From a virus, in the IMG/VR virus record IMGVR_UViG_3300045988_166745: 52,374 nt of DNA. One strand, 5' to 3'. The notes beneath the pieces were generated by a model. The model made no database searches. It had not been told where the DNA came from and worked only from the letters and a program-made list of their open reading frames with translations. The translations under genes and the position numbers were made by a program. Numbering within the stretch: the stretch's first letter is position 1; every line of letters starts with the position of its first letter. Shown one piece after another: positions 1 to 7,632 of the stretch.

Positions 1-99
1 CCTTTTTTGTTGTTTCTCTCTCCCGGAGAGAGTCCATTTTCTGCAGATAATGTGGCATATTTCAGTTGCAAACAGCTGGACATTGAATTGTACACAGAC
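1..99. repeat. Terminal direct repeat, copy 1. Identical to 52276-52374, as expected for the overlap of a circular or circularly permuted assembly
   Basis: The window start ccttttttgttgtttctctctcccggagag...tacacagac recurs base for base at the window end. The repeat lies inside a CDS, so it is not a physical terminus. Confidence 0.95.
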
Positions 100-228
100 A
101 AAAAGCAGCCGGAATTGGAAGAACAGGTGGAGGCAGTGCTTGCCCAGCATGAAATTTATTATACAAAAACAGAAACATTCATTGATTCGGAAGAATTGTA
201 TGAAGTGCTCTATGAGATGGAGGTTTGA
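1..228 (+). CDS. C-terminal part of a small tail-completion/head-tail joining protein. The gene starts at 52186 and wraps the junction
   Basis: The reading frame is continuous from ATG 52186 through the repeat (…PFLLFLSPGESPFSADNVAYF…) to the stop at 226-228. It sits between the gp10-like gene and the major tail gene. Confidence 0.8.
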   Translation, partial: PFLLFLSPGESPFSADNVAYFSCKQLDIELYTDKKQPELEEQVEAVLAQHEIYYTKTETFIDSEELYEVLYEMEV

Positions 229-233
229 TCTAT

Positions 234-851
234 ATGGCAATGGAGAAAAACAAGGTAAAATTCGGTCTGAACAAAGTTCACTATGCAAAAATCACCTCTT
301 ATGATGAAGAAGGTGTGCCGACTTTTGCAAAGCCAGTTCGCATTCCCGGTGCAGTGTCGCTGTCTATCGATGCAGAAGGTGAAGCATCCAATTTTTACGC
401 TGACGATGGTGTGTACTATGTGATCAACAATAACTCTGGTTACACCGGCGATCTTGAAATCGCATTGGTTCCGCTTGAGTTTGCGACAGACATTCTCGGT
501 GAAAAATTGGATGAAAAGGGCGTTCTCACGGAAACCAATACCGCAGAAGTATCGCAGTTTGCCCTGTTGTTTGAATTCAGCGGCGATAAGAATAAAATTC
601 GGCACTGTCTGTTCTGCTGCTCTGCCTCTCGTCCGGCAACAGAATCCAGCACCATTGAGGACGAAAAGGAAGTTAAAACAGAAACGCTGTCTTTGACCGC
701 AACGGCGTTGAACAGTGGTTTGGTAAAAACTAAAACCTGTGAGAAAACGGATGCCGAGGTTTATGAGAACTGGTACAAGGCGGTATATATGCCCAATCTG
801 GCTGCCACTGTACAGAGTGGTAAAGCATCCGCAGCATCTGTGAAAGCGTAA
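234..851 (+). CDS. Major tail protein (phi13-like family)
   Basis: GGAGG lies 11 nt upstream of ATG 234. N-terminus MAMEKNKVKFGLNKVHYAKIT…GAVSLSIDAEGE…FYADD is typical of Firmicutes siphovirus major tail proteins. Located upstream of the chaperone and tape measure genes. Confidence 0.85.
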   Translation: MAMEKNKVKFGLNKVHYAKITSYDEEGVPTFAKPVRIPGAVSLSIDAEGEASNFYADDGVYYVINNNSGYTGDLEIALVPLEFATDILGEKLDEKGVLTETNTAEVSQFALLFEFSGDKNKIRHCLFCCSASRPATESSTIEDEKEVKTETLSLTATALNSGLVKTKTCEKTDAEVYENWYKAVYMPNLAATVQSGKASAASVKA

Positions 852-863
852 GGAGGGTGCAGT

Positions 864-1241
864 ATGGCAATTCAGAAGAACATCACCATTGACGGCATTG
901 ATGTGCCGTTTAAAGCAAGTGCAGCAGTTCCAAGACTGTATCGTCTGAAATTTCGCAGAGATATTTATCAGGACTTTGCAGCACTGCAAAAGTCTGTGGG
1001 GGAAAATACAGAGGAATCCTCTGCACTGGACATTGAAAGCCTTGAAGTATTTGAGAATATCGCCTACATCATGGCGAAACACGCTGATCCAGTCGTTCCG
1101 GCTTCTCCGGATGAATGGCTGGAACAGTTCAACACGTTCAGCATTTACGAAATCCTGCCACAGCTGATTGACCTCTGGGGCTTGAATGTAGAAACGCAGG
1201 TCAAGTCTAAAAAAAACATCGCCCGATTGACCGACCGATGA
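864..1241 (+). CDS. Tail assembly chaperone (gpG analogue)
   Basis: 125-aa ORF between the major tail and tape measure genes, with a slippery run near its 3' end. Confidence 0.8.
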   Translation: MAIQKNITIDGIDVPFKASAAVPRLYRLKFRRDIYQDFAALQKSVGENTEESSALDIESLEVFENIAYIMAKHADPVVPASPDEWLEQFNTFSIYEILPQLIDLWGLNVETQVKSKKNIARLTDR

Positions 1242-1402
1242 CTACACCGCTTTTTTTGCTGCGGTGTGTCCAGCTGGGCTTGTCTATGAGCGATTTGGAT
1301 TTTTTGACCATTGGTCTGGTGAATGATATGTTCACCGAACGGGAGAATGACGAATACAAATATCATATGTTAGCGGATCAGAGTGACTTCGATAAATTTT
1401 GA
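864..1402 (+). CDS. Predicted -1 frameshift fusion product of the tail assembly chaperone (gpGT analogue)
   Basis: The -1 frame is open from 1217 to the TGA at 1400-1402 (…HRPIDRPMTTPLFLLRCVQLGLSMSDLDFLTIGLVNDMFTERENDEYKYHMLADQSDFDKF). It ends 17 nt before the tape measure start. Confidence 0.65.
1211..1217 (+). promoter_or_regulatory. Slippery heptamer A_AAA_AAC for a programmed -1 ribosomal frameshift
   Basis: Zero-frame codons are TCT AAA AAA AAC ATC. An X_XXY_YYZ pattern sits inside an 8-A run (1209-1216). Confidence 0.6.
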
Positions 1403-1419
1403 TAAGGGGGTGAGATTGT

Positions 1420-4400
1420 ATGGCTAATAGAATCAAGGGCATCACTGTAGAAATCGGCGGCGATACCACCAAGCTATCCAAAGCCCTGGAAGTTGTCAAT
1501 CGGGACATCAAGGGGACACAGACACAGCTGAAAGATGTGCAGAAACTGCTGAAACTTGACCCCACCAACACCGAACTCTTGTCCCAGAAGCACAAGCTGC
1601 TGGCAGATGCGGTGTCTGCCACCAAAGAAAAGCTGGAAGTACTGAAAACTGCGGCAGAACAGGCAAACACTGCTCTTGCAAGTGGTGAAATTTCACAGCA
1701 GCAGTATGATGCTTTGCAACGGGAGATCATCGAAACCGAAAACGAACTGAAACGCCTGACCACAGAAGCAAACAATTCTCACACCGCCTTGGAAAAGATG
1801 GGTGTTCTGGGTGAAACGCTGCAGTCCGCCGGAGACAAGATCTCTGGCGTGGGACAAAAGCTGCTGCCGGTCACTGCTGGTGTCACGGCTCTGGGCACCA
1901 TTGCTGTGAAAACTGGTGCGGATTTCGATTCCGCCATGTCAAAGGTGGCAGCGGTGTCCGGTGCGACCGGTTCAGAGATGGACGCTCTCCGGGAAAAAGC
2001 CCGTGAAATGGGCAGCAAGACAAAATTCTCTGCAAGTGAGGCTGCGGATGCTATGAACTACATGGCAATGGCAGGCTGGAAAACCAACGATATGCTCAGC
2101 GGTATCGAAGGCATCATGAATCTTGCTGCTGCTTCTGGGGAAGACTTGGCATCTACTTCGGACATTGTCACAGACGCTCTGACTGCCTTTGGTTTGTCTG
2201 CTTCGGACAGCGGACACTTTGCGGATATTCTGGCAGCCGCAAGTTCCAACGCCAATACCAATGTCAGCATGATGGGCGAAACTTTCAAGTATGCCGCTCC
2301 GGTGCTGGGTTCTCTGGGATACTCAGCTGAGGATTCTGCCATTGCCATCGGTTTGATGGCAAACGCCGGTATCAAATCCTCACAGGCTGGTACGGCACTG
2401 CGTTCCGCCATTACCAATCTGGCAAAGCCAACAGATACGGTAGCATCTGCCATGGAACAGTACGGCATTTCTCTGACGGATAGTTCCGGCAAGATGTATT
2501 CTCTGCGGGAACTCATGGAACAACTCCGACAGAAATTGGGCGGACTTTCCGAGGCAGAACAGGCACAGGCTGCTGCCTCACTGTTTGGCAAAGAGGCCAT
2601 GTCCGGTATGCTGGCGATCATCAACGGTTCCCCGGCGGACTTTGAAAAGCTGTCCAATGCCATTGACACCTGTTCGGATACAGTAGACGGTTACAATGGC
2701 ACGACCGAAAAAATGGCGGCAGTCATGCAGGATAACCTTGCCGGGCAAGTGACTATCTTGAAGTCCCAGCTGGAAGAACTGGCGATTTCCTTTTCTGACA
2801 TCCTGATGCCTACCATTCGCTCCATTGTTTCCCGTATTCAGGAACTGGTGGACAAGCTGAACCAATTAGACCCACAGACCAAAGAAACCATTGCAAAGAT
2901 TGCACTGGTGGCTGCTGCTCTGGGACCGATGCTGATCGCATTGGGAAAGACCATCTCCAGCGTGGGAACGGTCTTTTCCGCAGTGTCCAAACTGCCTGCC
3001 CTTTTCTCGGCTGTGCAAAGTGGCATTGGAGCCATTACCGGAGCGTTGGGCGTGTCACTTGGTTCGCTGCTCGCCATTATCGCAGCTGTTGCCGCTTTGG
3101 TGGCTGCCTTTGTGCATCTCTGGAAAACCAATGATGAATTCAAAAGCAATATCATCGCCATCTGGGAGCAGATCAAAAGCACCTTTACCGGATTGACGCA
3201 GGGCATCACTGATCGACTAAATGCTCTGGGATTCGACTTTGAGAGTTTCACCGATGTGCTGAAAGCGGCGTGGGATGGGCTGTGCAATCTGTTAGCTCCC
3301 ATTTTCGAGGGTGTTTTTCAGAATATCTCCAACATCTTTTCAGAGTTTACTGGCATTCTTTTGGGGCTGCTGGATGTTCTGATCGGTCTGTTCACTGGTG
3401 ACTGGGAGCAGTGCTGGGACGGCATCAAGGGGATTTTTACGTCTATCTGGAATTTCATTGTCAACACGTTCCGCAATATCATGAATACTCTGAAAGGCAT
3501 TGCAGATGTGGTGCTGGGATGGTTCGGAACAAGCTGGAACGAAGTCTGGACTTCCATCAAAACATTTTTCGTGGATACATGGAACAGCATCGCTTCCTTT
3601 TTCACGGGAATTGTTACCGGAATCCGGGACTTTTTCGTCAACACTTGGACGTCTATTTCCAATACCTTCACCACCATTGTCACTGCCATTCAGACGGTAG
3701 CAACAACTGTATTTACGGCGATTCGGGATTTTTTCACCACCATTTTTACAGCGATCTACAACTTTTTCAGCACGATTTTCAATGCCATTTACAATGTGGT
3801 TTCTACGGTTTTTCAGGCAATTTATAACGTCATTACGACCGTTTGGAATGCCATTTACACCACCTTAGAACCGCTGATTACAGCATTTGGTTATCTGTTT
3901 CAGACGATTTTTGAAGCCATCCAAATCATTGTGGGCAGAGTGATGGACTGGATCTCGGAGAAGATCAGTGCCATTTGGAATGCAATCGTGGCATTTTTAA
4001 CGCCGATTTTAGAAGGTATCCGAACGACATTTGAAACCATCTGGAATGCCATTTCTACCACGGTCTCCACGGTTTTGGATACCATTCAAGATACGGTAAC
4101 GACCATCTGGAATGCGGTATCCGGTTTCATTTCGTCTGTTTTGTCTGCGATCTGGAATGTGGTTTCTTCCATCTGGAACAGCATCTCCGGTACGATTTCC
4201 AGTGTGATGAATGCCATTTTTTCTGTGGTATCGTCTATCTGGAATCAGATCAGTTCAGCGGTTTCCAATGTTCTGAACGCCATCCGGTCGGTGGTGTCTA
4301 ACATCTGGAACAGCATCAAGAGTACCATTTCTAACGTGATGCAGAGCATTTCTTCTACAGTGTCCAGCATCTGGGACAACATCCGTTCAGCGGTTTCCGA

Positions 4401-4929
4401 CAAAATCAGCGGCATCAAATCCACCATTCAGAATGGATTTGATGCCGCTGTGGGATATATCAAGGGACTGGCTTCCGATGCTTGGAACTGGGGACGGGAT
4501 ATCATTCAGGGAATCATTGACGGCATTCAGAGTGCCATCGGCTGGCTGGCGGACTGCGTCACCAATGTTGCCGATACCATTCGGGATTTCCTGCACTTCT
4601 CTGTACCGGACAAAGGTCCGCTGACAGACTACGAGAGTTGGATGCCGGACTTTATGAAAGGGCTGGCAGACGGCATTGACAAGAGCAAGAAGTATGTGGA
4701 AAAAGCCGTTGTTGGTGTGGCGAAAGCCATGCAGCTGACCATGGATTCTGATTTGAATTACAGCTTGCATGGGATTTCCGGAGCAATGCTGCCCGGCAGT
4801 TCTGGTGGGACGGTGAACAATTATTACAACACGGACAACCGGAAAACGGTGAATCAGACGAATCAATCGCCGAAGGCACTTTCACGGTTGGAGATTTATC
4901 GGTTGACACGGAATGCGTTGAATGTGTAA
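1420..4929 (+). CDS. Tail tape measure protein
   Basis: 1169 aa. N-terminal coiled coil, a TP901-type core (…GSKTKFSASEAADAMNYMAMAGWKTNDMLSGIEGIMNLAAASGED…), hydrophobic segments and a long periodic C-terminal half. GGGGGTG RBS. Confidence 0.95.
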   Translation: MANRIKGITVEIGGDTTKLSKALEVVNRDIKGTQTQLKDVQKLLKLDPTNTELLSQKHKLLADAVSATKEKLEVLKTAAEQANTALASGEISQQQYDALQREIIETENELKRLTTEANNSHTALEKMGVLGETLQSAGDKISGVGQKLLPVTAGVTALGTIAVKTGADFDSAMSKVAAVSGATGSEMDALREKAREMGSKTKFSASEAADAMNYMAMAGWKTNDMLSGIEGIMNLAAASGEDLASTSDIVTDALTAFGLSASDSGHFADILAAASSNANTNVSMMGETFKYAAPVLGSLGYSAEDSAIAIGLMANAGIKSSQAGTALRSAITNLAKPTDTVASAMEQYGISLTDSSGKMYSLRELMEQLRQKLGGLSEAEQAQAAASLFGKEAMSGMLAIINGSPADFEKLSNAIDTCSDTVDGYNGTTEKMAAVMQDNLAGQVTILKSQLEELAISFSDILMPTIRSIVSRIQELVDKLNQLDPQTKETIAKIALVAAALGPMLIALGKTISSVGTVFSAVSKLPALFSAVQSGIGAITGALGVSLGSLLAIIAAVAALVAAFVHLWKTNDEFKSNIIAIWEQIKSTFTGLTQGITDRLNALGFDFESFTDVLKAAWDGLCNLLAPIFEGVFQNISNIFSEFTGILLGLLDVLIGLFTGDWEQCWDGIKGIFTSIWNFIVNTFRNIMNTLKGIADVVLGWFGTSWNEVWTSIKTFFVDTWNSIASFFTGIVTGIRDFFVNTWTSISNTFTTIVTAIQTVATTVFTAIRDFFTTIFTAIYNFFSTIFNAIYNVVSTVFQAIYNVITTVWNAIYTTLEPLITAFGYLFQTIFEAIQIIVGRVMDWISEKISAIWNAIVAFLTPILEGIRTTFETIWNAISTTVSTVLDTIQDTVTTIWNAVSGFISSVLSAIWNVVSSIWNSISGTISSVMNAIFSVVSSIWNQISSAVSNVLNAIRSVVSNIWNSIKSTISNVMQSISSTVSSIWDNIRSAVSDKISGIKSTIQNGFDAAVGYIKGLASDAWNWGRDIIQGIIDGIQSAIGWLADCVTNVADTIRDFLHFSVPDKGPLTDYESWMPDFMKGLADGIDKSKKYVEKAVVGVAKAMQLTMDSDLNYSLHGISGAMLPGSSGGTVNNYYNTDNRKTVNQTNQSPKALSRLEIYRLTRNALNV
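3340..4450 (+). repeat. In-frame 33-nt (11-residue) periodic repeats inside the tape measure gene
   Basis: The motif [IV]-[WFML]-N recurs every 11 residues, e.g. SIWNSISGTISSVMNAIFSVVSSIWNQISSAVSNVLNAIRSVVSNIWNSIKSTISNVMQ. Boundaries are approximate. Confidence 0.7.
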
Positions 4930-4998
4930 ATATTGCAAAACTGGAATTGTCAGCTTAGTTCATCCAACATTTGAAACATTTCATTTCCATTATCTATA

Positions 4999-5583
4999 TT
5001 AATTTTTATTATACGCCATCGTATACAGTGAAATGCCATTTTTCAATTTTTTCTCGCCACATAGTTCCATTCCACATCTAGTATATTTTTTTACTTTTAA
5101 CGGCGTATCAGTATCCAGAATACAGGGAATATTCTTTGTGTCCGCCTCGGCAAAAGGTTGCTCCAAAATCTTATGCATATATCCTTTCCCCTGATATTCT
5201 CGCAGGACAACAACCATGGATACTGCAATATAGTCATGCTCTTTTTTGAAAATCTTCGCATACTGTTCGTCTCCACTTTGTGCCATAGCTATCAGTGCCT
5301 TAGGCGGTAACTCGCATAAAAGTCGCTTGATCATATGTAAGGTCGAACCCATTGAAGGTTTTGCCCTCTTACTCCAATAAGCAAGATATCCCTCTCCTAT
5401 TTCAGATGTGGTATACAGAGTTCCTGCTCTGTAAAACCATTCCGTCATAATCTCAAAGCTTTTTATTGTTTGCTCTCTTGTGAGCATTGTAACTGTTCCG
5501 GCTTTTTCATCAGCAAATGCCTCACCGATTCTTCTGCCAATGTCTGCAATTTCTTTCCTTGATTTATTTTCCACTTTTATCAT
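4999..5583 (-). CDS. GNAT-family N-acetyltransferase, an opposite-strand moron inside the tail module
   Basis: 194 aa with an acetyl-CoA motif-A-like VVVLREYQGKGYMHKIL. GGAGGAATATCC precedes the ATG. Visibly more AT-rich than its neighbours. Confidence 0.75.
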   Translation of the reverse strand: MIKVENKSRKEIADIGRRIGEAFADEKAGTVTMLTREQTIKSFEIMTEWFYRAGTLYTTSEIGEGYLAYWSKRAKPSMGSTLHMIKRLLCELPPKALIAMAQSGDEQYAKIFKKEHDYIAVSMVVVLREYQGKGYMHKILEQPFAEADTKNIPCILDTDTPLKVKKYTRCGMELCGEKKLKNGISLYTMAYNKN

Positions 5584-5639
5584 GGATATTCCTCCACCAA
5601 TTCCGATTTACAGGGCTAATGCCCCTATCATTTTTATCT

Positions 5640-5668
5640 ATTATACCACACCCCACCAGAAAAAACAA
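5640..5668 (-). promoter_or_regulatory. Sigma-70-type promoter for the GNAT gene
   Basis: The minus strand reads TTGTTT-17 nt-TATAAT with a TGg extended -10. It overlaps the RBS region of the divergent Dit gene. Confidence 0.55.
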
Positions 5669-5679
5669 GGAGGCATCCC

Positions 5680-6552
5680 ATGTATTTCACCCTCATTCTT
5701 GAAAACGAAACCGGCGAACAAGTAAACCTATCCACCACAGCAAATCAATACATGACTTCCAAAATCGAAGGTCTGAATCCGCCTGCCGGAACGATTTCCA
5801 CTTCTTCTTACGCAGGCATGAACGGCAGCTACCTCAACAACGCTTTCATTGAAAAACGAAACGTGGTCATTTCTTTTTTCATGCGTGGCATCGGCATTGA
5901 GAAAAGAAGGCATCGCCTGTATCGTGTGGTCAAGCCTTCCCGGTACATCAAGATCTGGTACAAGACAGCAAGTATCGATGTGTATGCAGAAGGGTATGTA
6001 GAAACCTGCGAGGTGTCAAATTTCGAGCAGCAGATCAGCGGTCAGATCTCTATTCTCTGTCCGGACATTTACTGGTACAGTCGGGATATTTTCTATGCCT
6101 ACTACAGCGGCATCACCGGAGCATTTCACTTTCCTTTTCCAGAGAGCGATGCTCCGTTTCCTTTGAGCGTATACTCCAACAGCAACCTGTTCTCTATCAC
6201 TAATGGCGGAGATGAAACCGGATTCACGCTGCGAATCGAAGCATTGCCCAGCGACATTCCGCAGGAAGTGGTGGCAGTGACACCGACCATCTACAACGAA
6301 AACGGTGAGTATCTGCAAATCAAAGGCGATATTCTGACCGGTGATGTCATTACCGTTACCACGAAAACCGGAAGCAAAACGGTCACGCTGACACGTAACG
6401 GCGTAGACAGCAATATCCTGAACCGGCTGGTTTCCGGTTCGACTTGGCTGACCTTGAAGGAAGGCACAAATACCTTTCGGGTCGAGGCAGTACGTGGTGT
6501 GAAAAAACTGCGTGTGACTTTGATGCACCGCAATTCTTATCTGGGGGTATAG
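5680..6552 (+). CDS. Distal tail protein (Dit, siphovirus tail component)
   Basis: 290 aa. N-terminus MYFTLILENETGEQVNLS…IEGLNPPAGTISTSSYAGMNGS is typical of Dit. It is the first forward-strand gene after the tape measure. Confidence 0.8.
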   Translation: MYFTLILENETGEQVNLSTTANQYMTSKIEGLNPPAGTISTSSYAGMNGSYLNNAFIEKRNVVISFFMRGIGIEKRRHRLYRVVKPSRYIKIWYKTASIDVYAEGYVETCEVSNFEQQISGQISILCPDIYWYSRDIFYAYYSGITGAFHFPFPESDAPFPLSVYSNSNLFSITNGGDETGFTLRIEALPSDIPQEVVAVTPTIYNENGEYLQIKGDILTGDVITVTTKTGSKTVTLTRNGVDSNILNRLVSGSTWLTLKEGTNTFRVEAVRGVKKLRVTLMHRNSYLGV

Positions 6553-6554
6553 CT

Positions 6555-7628
6555 ATGCAGTTGGAAATTTACAGCTTGACGGCTCTAAAAGACCAGATCT
6601 CTGTGTCACTGGAAGCCATCTGCGACAGTTATTCTTCGCTCTTATGGGACATTGAGTTCTACCAGTGCGGCTGTTTTGAGGTATACATCGCTGCCAGTCC
6701 GCAGAATGTATCCATCTTTCAGCGTGGCAGAATTGTGGCAAGGAGCGATGATGCACAGCACTTCGGCATCATTGAATCTCTGCAATTGGAAACCGATGCC
6801 GAAAAGGGCGATTACCTGACTGTCACCGGACGGTTTCTTGCCAGCCTGCTGGAACGAAGAATCATCTATCCCACCATCACCGCAAACGGCAGCTATGAGG
6901 ACATCGTCCGCAAGGTGCTGTCCCGCAATGTCATCTCTGCCGGAATCCGCAATCTGCCCGGTTTTTCCATGGGTACGGTTTCCGGTGACTGCTGGCAGAA
7001 AACCGCACGAATGCAGGTCAGCTATGACAACATTCTGGAATGGCTGTACAGCCTTTGTGAAACCATCGGCGGTTCGGCAAATGTGCGGCTGGATGGAAAT
7101 GCTCTGAAATGCGATCTGTTTTCCGGAACAGACCGCAGTTTGCTGCAGGATGACAATCCTCATATCGTATTCTCTGATGCGTACAACAACCTGCTGTCAT
7201 TCTCCTATGCGGCGGACGATGCGGTGCAGAAAAACTTTGCCTATGTGCTGGGCTGCGGTGAGGGCAGTGCCAGAAAACGCACGACCTTCTGTTCCAGTGC
7301 AGAGCCGACCTATCTTGACCGCTATGAGGTCTATGTAGACGAGCGAAACACGGCACAGGAAGAAGATGTGACCGATGCGGAATATCTGGAAATCTTGAAA
7401 AGCAGCGGTGCGGAACATCTGGTGCAGCCAAAAACGGCATCGGAATCTGCCATCGCTGCTTTTTCGACCCAGTATCAGTACAACAAGGATTACTTTGTGG
7501 GCGACTATGTAACCATGGAACAGAAACGCTTTGGCTTGATTCAGCCTCGAATCCAGCTGATCGGCATGGTGGAGAGTTTCGACCAGAACGGCAGAAGTCT
7601 GACCCCGACATTTAAGGAGATGGAGTGA
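6555..7628 (+). CDS. Siphovirus Gp37-like tail protein (in the Tal position)
   Basis: Start ATG 6555 (MQLEIYSLT…). SLLWDIEFYQCGCFEVY…GDYLTVTGRFLASLLERRIIYP resembles the ReqiPepy6 Gp37-like family. The upstream 37 codons in the ORF track overlap Dit and are discounted. Confidence 0.7.
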   Translation: MQLEIYSLTALKDQISVSLEAICDSYSSLLWDIEFYQCGCFEVYIAASPQNVSIFQRGRIVARSDDAQHFGIIESLQLETDAEKGDYLTVTGRFLASLLERRIIYPTITANGSYEDIVRKVLSRNVISAGIRNLPGFSMGTVSGDCWQKTARMQVSYDNILEWLYSLCETIGGSANVRLDGNALKCDLFSGTDRSLLQDDNPHIVFSDAYNNLLSFSYAADDAVQKNFAYVLGCGEGSARKRTTFCSSAEPTYLDRYEVYVDERNTAQEEDVTDAEYLEILKSSGAEHLVQPKTASESAIAAFSTQYQYNKDYFVGDYVTMEQKRFGLIQPRIQLIGMVESFDQNGRSLTPTFKEME

Positions 7629-7632
7629 GCAT

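Noticed and set aside
210-1082. 290-aa ORF on the minus strand, antisense to the major tail and chaperone genes. Similar long antisense ORFs lie at 2058-2669, 30289-31125, 40656-41660, 42986-44089, 44282-45220 and 46756-47619
   Set aside because: These are shadow ORFs opposite well-supported genes. Their translations are Cys/Arg/Phe-rich and low in complexity. They have no RBS and no recognisable motifs.
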